Shown here: positions 37,587 through 47,302 of the stretch, one piece after another
Numbering within the stretch: the first letter of the stretch is position 1
Layout of the letters: the number at the start of each line of letters is the position of its first letter
NCBI GenBank assembly: GCA_015067785.1
Contig: SVLR01000010.1
Location: 1,915-65,914 of the forward strand
Direction: 5' to 3'
Length of the DNA stretch: 64,000 nucleotides
Source of the DNA: Oscillospiraceae bacterium
GTDB taxonomy: Bacteria; Bacillota; Clostridia; Oscillospirales; Oscillospiraceae
Notes under the pieces: model-generated
Databases searched by the model: none
Told to the model about the DNA's origin: nothing
Seen by the model: only the letters and a program-made list of their open reading frames with translations
Position numbers and translations under genes: made by a program

Positions 37587-38822
37587 TCATCCTTCGACTT
37601 TTTCCTTCTTTACTTTGCGGGTCTTGGGTTTGAGCTTGCCTTTTAGTTTGGAGGAAAGCTCCGGCGGCTGTACCTTCAGCTTTTCCGGGTCTATCTCCCG
37701 CAAATGCAAACGGTGGTTTGTCTGCTCCTGTAAGAGCGTATAGAACACAGAGACGATGGGGATCATCAGAAACATTCCCGCTACGCCCATCAGCTGACCG
37801 CCGACGCCCACAGCTAACAGCACCCACATACCGGAAAGACCGATGGAGGTACCCACCACCTTGGGATAGATCAGGTTGTTCTCCACCTGCTGCAGAATGA
37901 GGAACATAATAATAAACCAAAATGCCTGCCCGGGATTTGCTACAAAGATCAAAAACGCGCCGACGATGCAGCCGACCCACGCGCCGACGATGGGGATAAA
38001 TGCCGTTACCGCGATCAGCACGCTGATCAGAGGGATGTAGGGCATTCCGAAAATTGCCATTGCGATGGCAAACATAGAACCGAGAATCACGACCTCAATG
38101 CACTGACCGGCAAGGAAATTGGAGAAGGTGGAATTGGTCAGCCGGACAATACGGACTACATAATCCGCAACCTTCTCCGGGATAAAGGCGTACAGGAGCT
38201 TTCTCCCCTGCCGGGCAAGCGTCTCCTTGTGGAAAAGGCAGTAGACCGCAAACACCAGTCCGATCACCAAATCCATCAGCACAGAGGACAGCTTGCTGAT
38301 CGCGTTGATCGCACCGGCTAAAATAGCGCTCAGGCTGTTGCCAAGGACGGAAACTGCATTCTGCACCAATTCAGACCAATTGAAATTTTCAAAATTCGTA
38401 TTCTCCGAAAGCCACGCCACAAGCTCCGGATTGCTCTGCATAAATTCATTGATCTTGTTGCCGATCGACACAAAGAAGCTGACAAGCGCAGGTAACAGTC
38501 TTTCCAGTGTATTGGACAGCTGGGGCAGCAGGAGCAGGAAAACCAGCGCGATCACCAAAAGCACAGCAATAAAAGTGAGCAGTACCGCCAGCACCCGGCG
38601 TGCGCCCGGCTTGGGGATCCTTTTCAGTAGATTCTCAAAGCCGCGCATAGGCACATTCAGAATAAAGGCCAAAACAGAGCCGAAAATAAAAGGTGCCGTG
38701 ATCCCCTTGATCTTTTCCACGATCAGTGCATAGCGGGCGCTCTCACCGATTGCCCAGTACAGTAAAATACAGCCTGCGGCAACAAAAAATATATTTCTGA
38801 AAATCTTCTTGTCAATTTGCAT
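37587..38822 (-). CDS. AI-2E (PerM) family transporter
   Basis: PFIFG..LAFILN.P, FIPIVGA, QQVENNLIYPKVVG. Confidence 0.9.
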   Translation of the reverse strand: MQIDKKIFRNIFFVAAGCILLYWAIGESARYALIVEKIKGITAPFIFGSVLAFILNVPMRGFENLLKRIPKPGARRVLAVLLTFIAVLLVIALVFLLLLPQLSNTLERLLPALVSFFVSIGNKINEFMQSNPELVAWLSENTNFENFNWSELVQNAVSVLGNSLSAILAGAINAISKLSSVLMDLVIGLVFAVYCLFHKETLARQGRKLLYAFIPEKVADYVVRIVRLTNSTFSNFLAGQCIEVVILGSMFAIAMAIFGMPYIPLISVLIAVTAFIPIVGAWVGCIVGAFLIFVANPGQAFWFIIMFLILQQVENNLIYPKVVGTSIGLSGMWVLLAVGVGGQLMGVAGMFLMIPIVSVFYTLLQEQTNHRLHLREIDPEKLKVQPPELSSKLKGKLKPKTRKVKKEKVEG

Positions 38823-38958
38823 ACGATGCCCTCTTTCTTACCCTACCCGGAGAATCTTTTTTTATTTTACCGATTTGCGTTCCGTTTGTCAAGGAGGCAT
38901 ATAGAAAGGTTTTATCACATAAAGTGTTCTTGGCAGCACACAGCAGGGAGGGGAATTT

Positions 38959-39219
38959 ATGGAGGATGCGATCAAGGAGAGAGTCTGCAAACTGGCTGTG
39001 TACCTTATAGAGACCGGAGCAACGGTGCGCGCTGCGGCAAAACACTTCGGTATATCCAAGTCTACTGTACATAAAGATCTATCCCAACGACTTCCACACT
39101 ATAACCGCGTCCTGTATATACAGGTACGTCAGGTGCTGGATAATAACAAAGCACAGCGTCATATCCGCGGTGGCTTTGCTACCCAAAGGAAATACCGTTT
39201 GAAAAAGGAACAAATGTAA
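38959..39219 (+). CDS. spoIIID: sporulation transcription regulator SpoIIID
   Basis: ATVRAAAKHFGISKSTVHKDL..RL..NKAQRHIRGG.AT..KY. Confidence 0.95.
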   Translation: MEDAIKERVCKLAVYLIETGATVRAAAKHFGISKSTVHKDLSQRLPHYNRVLYIQVRQVLDNNKAQRHIRGGFATQRKYRLKKEQM

Positions 39220-39257
39220 TAAGTATCTGGCGTATGCCTAATGTCATTAAGTTAATA

Positions 39258-39358
39258 TGTCATTGCGAAACCAGTTCGCAAACTGGTTGTGGCAATCTCT
39301 CGCACAACGTCGATTCTTGAGATTCCCATGCCAGTGTGCGCTACTTATCGGAATGACA
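39258..39358. repeat. GTCATTGCGA/GAGATTGC-type palindromic MITE/REP-like repeat
   Basis: TGTCATTGCG..GCAATCTC..GAGATTCC..AATGACA; related half-copy at 53931-53969. Confidence 0.6.
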
Positions 39359-39394
39359 CTTCGGCTTATGACATTGGGCGTATGCCGGGTATTT

Positions 39395-39496
39395 TTATAG
39401 GTCGTCTGCGTCCTGTATCGGCTTCTCCTCGGGATCCTGGGGACGGCCGGTATAGGAGCCATTGGGATCTGTAACGATGGTTTTCTCTTTTTTCAT
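39395..39496 (-). CDS. 33-aa small acidic protein (DPxGSYTG...QDADDL type)
   Basis: Strong RBS GAGGAGG; MKKEKTIVTDPNGSYTGRPQDPEEKPIQDADDL; below ORF-track cutoff. Confidence 0.75.
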   Translation of the reverse strand: MKKEKTIVTDPNGSYTGRPQDPEEKPIQDADDL

Positions 39497-39580
39497 GGTC
39501 TTCCCTCCTCTTTGAGCATTCCCGGATTGCAATTTCTCTATTCCCGTGCTATACTGGAAAAAACGGTAACGGAGGAACGT

Positions 39581-40063
39581 ATGTTTGAAATTACATTGCT
39601 TACAGTGGGTAAGCTGAAAGAAAAATTCTATCTGTCGGCTGCCGTGGAATACGAAAAAAGATTAAAGGCATACTGCCGTTTTTCCATAATAGAACTGCCG
39701 GAGACACGGCTTCCGGAGGATCCCTCCCCTGCGGAAATTGCCGCAGGACTGGAAAAGGAAGCCGACCTGATCCTTGCAAAAATTCCAAAGGGCGCCTTCT
39801 TTTGCGTGCTGACCCCGGAGGGCAAATCCCTTTCCTCTGAAGCTCTGGCAGAAAAGCTGGGTCAGGTAAAGGTCAGCGGCAAAAGCGCCGCCTGCTTCCT
39901 CATCGGCTCCTCCTTTGGCATTGCACCGCGGGTCAAAAACGCTGCCGATCTAAAGCTCTCTATGAGCGCGATGACTTTCCCTCACCATCTTGCCCGCATT
40001 ATGGTGCTGGAACAGCTCTACCGGGCGGAGTCGATCCAAGCTGGCAGCAAATATCATAAGTAA
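39581..40063 (+). CDS. rlmH: 23S rRNA m3Psi1915 methyltransferase RlmH
   Basis: VGKLKEK, EY.KRL, MTFPHHLAR..LEQLYRA, KYHK. Confidence 0.95.
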   Translation: MFEITLLTVGKLKEKFYLSAAVEYEKRLKAYCRFSIIELPETRLPEDPSPAEIAAGLEKEADLILAKIPKGAFFCVLTPEGKSLSSEALAEKLGQVKVSGKSAACFLIGSSFGIAPRVKNAADLKLSMSAMTFPHHLARIMVLEQLYRAESIQAGSKYHK

Positions 40064-40106
40064 AAAGAAAGTCGGCGCATCAAGCGCCGATTTTCTTTGT
40101 TATCCA

Positions 40107-40829
40107 TTAAAATTCGCCGGCGCTGTACATGACAGCAGAAAGGGCGCAAAGGGGTGCCGTCTCACAGCGGAGGATCCGGCTGCCCAAGGTGCAGATATGC
40201 AGACCGGCTTCCTTTGCCTGCTCCACCTCTTTTTCCTCCAGACCGCCCTCCGGACCGGAGAGGATACTGACGGTGGTAAGAGGTGCCGCCTCCAATGCCA
40301 TTTTCAGCGTCGTTGCTCTTTCATTTTCATAGAGCAAAATCGCTCGGTTTGCCATTGCTGCTCTTTGTAACGCTTCCTTATAGCTGCCCAGCACCACGAC
40401 CTGCGGTATTTTTCCTCTGCCGGACTGCTCAGAGGCAGAGGCGGCGATCTTCTGCCAGCGCTCCAACTTCTTTTTGAGGCTCTTGTCATCCGGGCGGGAC
40501 ACGCACCGCACCGTTGGGAATGCCACGATTTCAGCCGCGCCCAGTTCCGTGGCTTTTTGGATCACATGCTCCAATTTATCTGCTTTGGGGAATGCCATAT
40601 AGATGCTGACCTGTACATCCGGCTCTGCTTGACTTTCCCGGCAGCAAAGCACCTCTAAGGTCATCTCACTGTCTGTCACGCGGCACAGCGCTTCCCTGCC
40701 TTGTCCATCACAGAGGAGCACTTCCTCCCCTGCCTTCAGGCGCAGCACCCTTGCGTGATTGGCATTCTCACCGGAGAGGGTGATCGTTTGTGTGTTTAAC
40801 ATTTCCGGTTCTACAAAAAAACGTGTCAT
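40107..40829 (-). CDS. rsmE: 16S rRNA m3U1498 methyltransferase RsmE
   Basis: HARVLRL, QKATELG, GPEGG, LGSRILRCETA. Confidence 0.95.
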   Translation of the reverse strand: MTRFFVEPEMLNTQTITLSGENANHARVLRLKAGEEVLLCDGQGREALCRVTDSEMTLEVLCCRESQAEPDVQVSIYMAFPKADKLEHVIQKATELGAAEIVAFPTVRCVSRPDDKSLKKKLERWQKIAASASEQSGRGKIPQVVVLGSYKEALQRAAMANRAILLYENERATTLKMALEAAPLTTVSILSGPEGGLEEKEVEQAKEAGLHICTLGSRILRCETAPLCALSAVMYSAGEF

Positions 40830-40885
40830 ACTTTTTCTCCTTATGAAAAGCTCCGAAGTGCACTGTGCTTCGGAGCTTTCGATGA

Positions 40886-42136
40886 TCAATAGAGGGGGAA
40901 TTTCTTGCAAATATCCGCAACAATGGCTTTGACCTCGTCGGCAGTACCTTCAAAATCCCGTGCGGTCATACCGATACACTGTGCAATGCGGCGCATTTCC
41001 TCTGCGCCCATTCCCCGGGTCGTGACCGCTGCCGTGCCTACACGGATGCCGCTGGTAACGGAAGGCTTTGCAGGATCGCCGGGAATGGCATTTTTATTGA
41101 GCGTAATGTGATTTGCGTCCAACCGGGTCTGCAGCTCCATACCGGAGATCCCCATCGGTCGCAGGTCAGCTAGCATCAAGTGATTGTCCGTACCGCCGGT
41201 CACCAGATCAAAGCCTTCTTCCAAAAGACCCTCTGCCATCACCTTGGCGTTTTTCACGATATTGTGGGTGTAGGTCTTAAAATCCTCCTGCATAGCTTCC
41301 CGGAAGCAGACTGCCTTTGCTGCGATGATATGCTCCAGAGGACCTCCCTGGATACCGGGGAATACAGCAGAATTGATCTTCTTTGCAAATTCCTCCTTGC
41401 AGAGGATCAGACCGCCTCGGGGACCGCGAAGGGTCTTATGGGTGGTGGTGGTTACAATATCCGCATAGGGCACGGGGCTCATATGGGCGCCGCCAGCCAC
41501 AAGTCCTGCAATGTGCGCCATATCCACCATAAATACCGCCCCCACCTCGTGGGCAATATCCGCAAAGATCTGAAAATCAATCGCCCGGGGATAGGCAGAT
41601 GCGCCGGCGATCAAAAGCTTGGGTTTGTTCTTTTTTGCAATATCCCGAACCTGATCGTAATCCAAAAGACCGGTTTCGTGGTCAACATCGTAGGAAACCA
41701 CGTTATAGTATTTTCCGGACAGGTTTGCAGGGCTGCCGTGGGTCAGGTGTCCACCGTTTGCAAGGCTCATACCCATAAGGGTATCTCCCGGCTGCAAAAA
41801 TGCCAGCTCCACCGCCAAATTTGCCTGCGCGCCGGAGTGGGGCTGGACATTGGCGCACTCCGCGCCGAAAAGTGTCTTTGCTCTGTCAATACACAGCGCT
41901 TCCAGCTCGTCCACAAACTGGCATCCTCCGTAATACCGTTTTCCGGGCAAGCCTTCTGCGTATTTATTGGTCAAAACCGAGCCCATCGCGGCGATCACCG
42001 CAGGAGAGGCAAAATTCTCCGAGGCGATCAGTTCAATACCCTCTTTCTGTCGGGTAAATTCCCGATCCATCATTTCCGCAACGATGGGGTCAAATTCTTT
42101 TACAAAGCCAATGGCGTCCAGCGGTTTTCCGTACAT
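40886..42136 (-). CDS. glyA: serine hydroxymethyltransferase
   Basis: [29 protein letters not shown]-lysine motif. Confidence 0.97.
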   Translation of the reverse strand: MYGKPLDAIGFVKEFDPIVAEMMDREFTRQKEGIELIASENFASPAVIAAMGSVLTNKYAEGLPGKRYYGGCQFVDELEALCIDRAKTLFGAECANVQPHSGAQANLAVELAFLQPGDTLMGMSLANGGHLTHGSPANLSGKYYNVVSYDVDHETGLLDYDQVRDIAKKNKPKLLIAGASAYPRAIDFQIFADIAHEVGAVFMVDMAHIAGLVAGGAHMSPVPYADIVTTTTHKTLRGPRGGLILCKEEFAKKINSAVFPGIQGGPLEHIIAAKAVCFREAMQEDFKTYTHNIVKNAKVMAEGLLEEGFDLVTGGTDNHLMLADLRPMGISGMELQTRLDANHITLNKNAIPGDPAKPSVTSGIRVGTAAVTTRGMGAEEMRRIAQCIGMTARDFEGTADEVKAIVADICKKFPLY

Positions 42137-42168
42137 TTTACATCATCCTTTTTAATATGGTTTGAAAA

Positions 42169-42350
42169 GAGCAGTCCGTTTAACGGACTGCTCAAAAGCA
42201 CACAATACCGATGGTAACGCGTCTCTGTCCTTTTGCCTGAGAGATTCAGCGGTTTTCACGCCTTGCACCTTCGGCACACAATCTAATGTGTTCTCCAGAG
42301 AGTCCTCTTCTTTTCGGTGGGCGGTAAATAACGCTTTCCAAAAAGCTTCA
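42169..42350 (-). promoter_or_regulatory. glycine riboswitch with downstream terminator
   Basis: CTCTGGAGA..GCCGAAGGTGCAA..AATCTCTCAGGCAAAAGGACAGAG aptamer (42221-42302); terminator GAGCAGTCCG..CGGACTGCTC-TTTT. Confidence 0.88.
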
Positions 42351-42403
42351 ACGGAAATATTTCGTTCTAACTACAGTATACACCGAATCAACAAAATGTC
42401 AAC

Positions 42404-43510
42404 TTATATTTCGTTCAATTCCCCATCTGCGCAATCAAGAGCCGCAGCAATGACCTGATGCATATCAAAATACTTATACTGACCAAGACGACCGCCGAAG
42501 ATCACCCGGTCTTCCTTTTCCGCAAGGGCGCGGTACTTTTCATAAAGCGTATTATTTGCATCGTTATTTACGGGATAGTAGGGTTCTTGTCCCCTTTCCC
42601 ATTTTTGGGGATATTCCCGGGTGATAACGGTTTTTTCCTGCGTCCCAAAGGCGAAATGCTTATGCTCAATGATCCGGGTGTAGGGCACCTCGTATTCGTT
42701 ATAATTGATCACTGCGTTGCCTTGGAAATTGTCACAGTTCAACGTTTCCGTCTCAAAACGCAATCCCCGATATTCCAGTTCACCGTAGCAATAATCATAG
42801 TACTGATCGATCATGCCGGTAAAGACGATCCGATCTGCCATAGCCTCCAGCTCTGCACGGTTTTCGAAGAAATCGCAATTGAGCCGCACCTCTACCCCTT
42901 CGAGCATTTTCTCTACAATAGCAGTATAGCCCTGTGTAGGAATGCCCTGATAAAGGTCATTAAAGTAATTATTATCAAAGGTAAAGCGTACCGGCAGCCG
43001 CTTAATGATAAAGGACGGCAGCTCGGCGCAGGGACGACCCCATTGCTTTGCGGTATAGCCCTTTACAAGGATCTCATAGATATCCTTACCTACCATCGAG
43101 ATGGCCTGCTCCTCCAAATTCTTTGGCTCAGTAATTCCCGCTTCCTTAACCTGTCTGGCGATCTCTGCCTTTGCCTGCGCAGGTGTCGTAACGCCCCAAA
43201 GCTGATAGAAGGTATTCATATTAAAGGGCATATTATAGAGCTTATCCCCGTAGCGCGCCATGGGTGAATTGGTGAAGCGGTTAAAGGTAGCAAAGCGTTT
43301 CACGTAATTCCAGACCCGCTCGTTGGAGGTGTGGAAAATATGGGCACCGTATTTATGGACCTGAATACCAGCCTCTTCATAAGTATAAATATTGCCGCCA
43401 ATATGGTCCCGTTTGTCGATCACAAGACATTTTTTCCCTTTTTGGGTGGCTTCGTAGGCAAAAACAGCGCCAAAAAGACCTGCGCCCACGATCAAATAAT
43501 CGTATTGCAT
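42404..43510 (-). CDS. glf: UDP-galactopyranose mutase
   Basis: GAGLFG, HIGGN, HKYGAHIFHT, EPYYP, GRLGQYKY. Confidence 0.95.
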   Translation of the reverse strand: MQYDYLIVGAGLFGAVFAYEATQKGKKCLVIDKRDHIGGNIYTYEEAGIQVHKYGAHIFHTSNERVWNYVKRFATFNRFTNSPMARYGDKLYNMPFNMNTFYQLWGVTTPAQAKAEIARQVKEAGITEPKNLEEQAISMVGKDIYEILVKGYTAKQWGRPCAELPSFIIKRLPVRFTFDNNYFNDLYQGIPTQGYTAIVEKMLEGVEVRLNCDFFENRAELEAMADRIVFTGMIDQYYDYCYGELEYRGLRFETETLNCDNFQGNAVINYNEYEVPYTRIIEHKHFAFGTQEKTVITREYPQKWERGQEPYYPVNNDANNTLYEKYRALAEKEDRVIFGGRLGQYKYFDMHQVIAAALDCADGELNEI

Positions 43511-43520
43511 AATCAGCTCC

Positions 43521-44528
43521 TTATAACAGAGGGACGCCTGCAGCTTCACAAGCCGCTATTGTTTCGCTGTCCCAAATACTGGACTGGACCTCGCCGATAT
43601 GGCAGCAGCCCATCATCAGCATACTAAGCCGGCTCTGACCGATACCACCCCCGATGGTCAGCGGCAGCTCACCGGATAGCAGCATCTTATGGAAGGGCAG
43701 CTTGCGGCGGTCATCGCAGCCGGCTTCGCTGAGCTGCAGATCCAGTGCCTGGGCGTCTACGCGGATACCCATAGAGGATATCTCTAACGCGCGGTCAATA
43801 ACAGCATCCCAAAAGAAAATATCGCAATTGAGGTTCCAGTCATCGTAGTCCGGTGCCCGTCCATCATGGGGCTTTCCACTGCGAAGCTTTCTGCCGATCT
43901 GCATAATACAGGCAGTTTTATGCTTGCGGACAAATTCCCGCTCCCGCTGGCTGCCGGTAAGCTCCGGGTACAGATCCTCCAGCTCCTGAGAGGTAATAAA
44001 CACCACCTCCGGCGAAAGCTCTGTACGAAGCTGGGGATAACGGACATGTAGCCGGTCATTGGTATTGCAGATCGCACGGACGATGGACCGGACGATCAGC
44101 TTCAAATAATCCAAATTGCGGTTTTCTTGGGTGATGATCTTTTCCCAGTCCCACTGGTCCACATAGATAGAATGGATATTATCCAGCTCCTCTTCTCTGC
44201 GGATGGCATTCATATCGGTATACAAACCGCCGCCGATGCCGAAATTGTACCGCTTCAGGGCAAGGCGCTTCCATTTTGCCAGGGAGTGCACTACCTGCGC
44301 ATCCGTGCCTACCGCCGGCACATCAAAGGTGACCGCCCGTTGGTGACCGTTCAGATTGTCGTTAAGGCCGGAATCCTCTGTAACAAACAGCGGCGCAGAC
44401 ACACGCTTTAAGTTCAGCGCAGAGGAAAACTCCTCCTGAAAGGTCTGCTTAATATAGGCAATTGCCCGCTGAGTATCATAGGCATCCAAAACCGGCTTGT
44501 ACCCCTCCGGGATATAGACTTTATTCAT
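43521..44528 (-). CDS. asnA: aspartate--ammonia ligase
   Basis: VHSLAKWKR, HSIYVDQWDWE, RAPDYDDW, TIGGGIGQSR. Confidence 0.95.
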   Translation of the reverse strand: MNKVYIPEGYKPVLDAYDTQRAIAYIKQTFQEEFSSALNLKRVSAPLFVTEDSGLNDNLNGHQRAVTFDVPAVGTDAQVVHSLAKWKRLALKRYNFGIGGGLYTDMNAIRREEELDNIHSIYVDQWDWEKIITQENRNLDYLKLIVRSIVRAICNTNDRLHVRYPQLRTELSPEVVFITSQELEDLYPELTGSQREREFVRKHKTACIMQIGRKLRSGKPHDGRAPDYDDWNLNCDIFFWDAVIDRALEISSMGIRVDAQALDLQLSEAGCDDRRKLPFHKMLLSGELPLTIGGGIGQSRLSMLMMGCCHIGEVQSSIWDSETIAACEAAGVPLL

Positions 44529-44685
44529 ATACATTCACCTTGTTTCATAAGTTATCTATATTGTATTCCATTTCCCAAGAATTGCAAGCATTTTCTTTTG
44601 CGGCGAATTATTGGGCGAATTATTGCATTTCCTGTAAATCGGTGCTATAATCAATTCGAATTTCCAATGAGAGAAGGCTTTTTCT

Positions 44686-46080
44686 TTGTTTGGTATCAAA
44701 CAGCACAGCAAAAACCGCATACAGCGTCACAGTATGGATATGACAAAGGGCAGCATTACCCGCCAGCTCATCTCCTTTGCCTTTCCTCTTTTGATCGGTA
44801 ATTTGTTCCAGCAGCTGTATAATACGGTGGATACCTGGGTGGTCGGTAATTTTGTCAGCGACAATGCCTTTGCCGCCGTTGGCTCTATGGGTCCTATTGT
44901 CAATATGTTCATCGGCTTCTTCTTAGGCTTTTCTGCCGGTGCCGGCGCGCTGATCAGCCAAAATTTCGGCGCCAAAAACGAGGACGCCATCGAAAAGCTG
45001 GTACATACGGCTATGGTGATGACCTTCGTTATGGGTCTTTTATTTACCGTAGCCGGTCATCTGCTGACACCTCTCCTTTTGCATTTTGCCAAGATCCCCG
45101 AAGAAGTCTGGCCTGAGGCAAAGACCTATCTTTCCGTCTATTTCTCCGGCATAATGGGCCTGGTGTTTTACAATATGGGCGCCGCCATTTTGCGGGCCGT
45201 AGGTGACTCCAAGCGGCCTTTTTATTTCTTAGTCGTTTGCGCGGTAATGAATACGGTGCTGGATCTTCTTTTCGTCCTCGTATTCGGTATGAAGGTAGAG
45301 GGCGTTGCCCTGGCCACCGTTATCTCACAGGGTATTTCCGCAGTGCTTATCGTCATCTCCCTAATGCGTTCTGACTCCTGCATCCGTATCCGGCTTAAAA
45401 AGCTGAAGGTCAACTGGCATTTACTGGGCCGGATCATCACTTTAGGTATCCCCTCCGCTCTGCAGGTCTCCATCACATCCTTCTCCAATATTTTTGTACA
45501 GTCCTATATCAACGCCTTTGGCCCCAGCTGTATGTCCGGCTACACCGCATACTCCAAGATCGATATGCTGCTTTTCCTCCCTGCCCAGTCTGTTTCGTTG
45601 GCAACCACTACCTTTGTGGGACAGAACTTAGGCTGTGGACAGGAAAAGCGGGCGAGAAAAGGCGTTACCAATTCCATTTTGCTCTCCGCAGGTGTCACCG
45701 GTGTACTAATGATCCCAGTGCTGATCTTCTCCGGAGACGTGGTGCGGTTCTTTACCTCCCAGGCAGAATCCATCCGGTACGGCACCCTGTTTCTGCGCTA
45801 CATTACGCCCTTCTATCTGCTGACCTGCTTCACCCAGGTCTACGCCTCTGCCCTCCGGGGTGCAGGCAATTCCCGGGCACCTATGGTTATTATGGTGTCG
45901 TCCTATGTGGTATTCAGGCAGGTTTATCTTTTCATTATGTCCCGCGTATGGAATGAAGTGATCCCCATCGCTATGGGCTATCCCTTAGGCTGGATCCTCT
46001 GCTGCGGGATCTTCGTACTCTACTACTACCGCACCCCCCTTGACCGGTATTTTAAGCCGGTGGATAATTCCAGAACATAA
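44686..46080 (+). CDS. MATE family efflux transporter
   Basis: GNLFQQLYNTVD, LRAVGDSKRP, GVALATVISQ, about 12 TM; start may be 44734. Confidence 0.92.
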   Translation: MFGIKQHSKNRIQRHSMDMTKGSITRQLISFAFPLLIGNLFQQLYNTVDTWVVGNFVSDNAFAAVGSMGPIVNMFIGFFLGFSAGAGALISQNFGAKNEDAIEKLVHTAMVMTFVMGLLFTVAGHLLTPLLLHFAKIPEEVWPEAKTYLSVYFSGIMGLVFYNMGAAILRAVGDSKRPFYFLVVCAVMNTVLDLLFVLVFGMKVEGVALATVISQGISAVLIVISLMRSDSCIRIRLKKLKVNWHLLGRIITLGIPSALQVSITSFSNIFVQSYINAFGPSCMSGYTAYSKIDMLLFLPAQSVSLATTTFVGQNLGCGQEKRARKGVTNSILLSAGVTGVLMIPVLIFSGDVVRFFTSQAESIRYGTLFLRYITPFYLLTCFTQVYASALRGAGNSRAPMVIMVSSYVVFRQVYLFIMSRVWNEVIPIAMGYPLGWILCCGIFVLYYYRTPLDRYFKPVDNSRT

Positions 46081-46084
46081 ATAT

Positions 46085-46112
46085 TTGGCGAACACCATCT
46101 GGTGTTCGCCAA
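46085..46112. terminator. bidirectional terminator
   Basis: TTGGCGAACACC-atct-GGTGTTCGCCAA. Confidence 0.75.
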
Positions 46113-46115
46113 TTC

Positions 46116-46814
46116 TCATTTTTGTAGCATTTCTGCCAGCTTCATCGTAACAGATGCGCAGCGCTTGGCGGCAATGGCCTCAAAGGTGGGATAGTCCATT
46201 TCCGCAGAATCATCTGCCTTATCGGAAATGGCGCGGATAACGACGAAGGGAATGCCGTTTTTATATGCCGTGTGGGCAATGGCAGCACCCTCCATCTCCG
46301 CGCAGATAGCGCCTGTATCTTGGATAATCTTATCTTTTTGCGCTTTGGAGCAGATAAACTGGTCACCGCTGGCGATCCGCCCGACTGTGCTGTGGCCGGG
46401 TCTTCCTTCCTCTGCTGCCTTCAACGCCGCTGTACGAAGCGCTTCATCTGCAGGGAAGGCGGTCACATCCATACCGGGCACCTGCCCGATGGGACGACCC
46501 CAAAAGCGCAGATCAAAATCATGGTAGATCACATCCTGGCTGATGACCAGATCACCAATGTCCAGCTTTGCATCCAGAGACCCGGCAATGCCGGTGTTTA
46601 CGATATGTGTCACGCCAAAGCAGTCGCACAGAATTTGGGCGCAGAGCGCCGCGTTTACTTTTCCCACACCGCACTGCACTACCACAGCCGGCAGTCCTGC
46701 CAGCCGTCCGTCAAAATACACCGTGCCGGCAACAGTTTTGGTGGTCACCTGCTCCATTTTTTCTTTTAATGTCGCCACTTCCACATCCATAGCGCCAACA
46801 ATACCAAGCTTCAT
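46116..46814 (-). CDS. mtnN: 5'-methylthioadenosine/S-adenosylhomocysteine nucleosidase
   Basis: GIVGAM..E, GVGKVNAA, SGDQFI, EMEGAA, RAISDKAD. Confidence 0.95.
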   Translation of the reverse strand: MKLGIVGAMDVEVATLKEKMEQVTTKTVAGTVYFDGRLAGLPAVVVQCGVGKVNAALCAQILCDCFGVTHIVNTGIAGSLDAKLDIGDLVISQDVIYHDFDLRFWGRPIGQVPGMDVTAFPADEALRTAALKAAEEGRPGHSTVGRIASGDQFICSKAQKDKIIQDTGAICAEMEGAAIAHTAYKNGIPFVVIRAISDKADDSAEMDYPTFEAIAAKRCASVTMKLAEMLQK

Positions 46815-46825
46815 ATTTTTACTCC

Positions 46826-47302
46826 TTATTCCGGGTAGGTAAGCCGGTCGTCCGTAATGCTCTCCAGCAGACGGAAATATTTTTCGCCCCAGAAATTTGC
46901 CATCGGCAGATTCATATCCAAATAGTTGCCGCAGTCCTTGGCAGATGCGCCCGGCACCTCTCCCCGAAAATCCCTTATAAAACGGAAGCATTCTGTCACC
47001 AGCGGCAGCACATCCCGAGAAGAATAGTCACCGGTCAGCAGCAAATAAAAGCCGGTACGGCAGCCCATAGGACCAAAATACAGGACTTTTTCCTTCCAAT
47101 TCGGCTCGTTTCGCAGATAGGTTGCCGCCAAATGCTCAATGGTATGCATTTCCGCCGTATTCATTACCGGCTCTTCGTTGGGGGACGTAAACCGCAGGTC
47201 AAAGGTGGTGACAATCTCCTCCCCCACACGATCCTTCCGGGAAACATACAGTCCCGGCTGCAGCTTAATATGGTCGATAGTAAAGCTAGTAATTTTTTCC
47301 AT
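46826..47302 (-). CDS. luxS: S-ribosylhomocysteine lyase
   Basis: SFTIDH, HTIEH, GPMGCRTGFY, CGNY. Confidence 0.96.
   Translation of the reverse strand: MEKITSFTIDHIKLQPGLYVSRKDRVGEEIVTTFDLRFTSPNEEPVMNTAEMHTIEHLAATYLRNEPNWKEKVLYFGPMGCRTGFYLLLTGDYSSRDVLPLVTECFRFIRDFRGEVPGASAKDCGNYLDMNLPMANFWGEKYFRLLESITDDRLTYPE

Noticed and set aside
37587-47302. Dedicated AI-2 quorum-sensing locus (AI-2E transporter plus luxS/mtnN)
   Set aside because: The transporter is over 7 kb away with unrelated genes between, and the family name does not establish substrate
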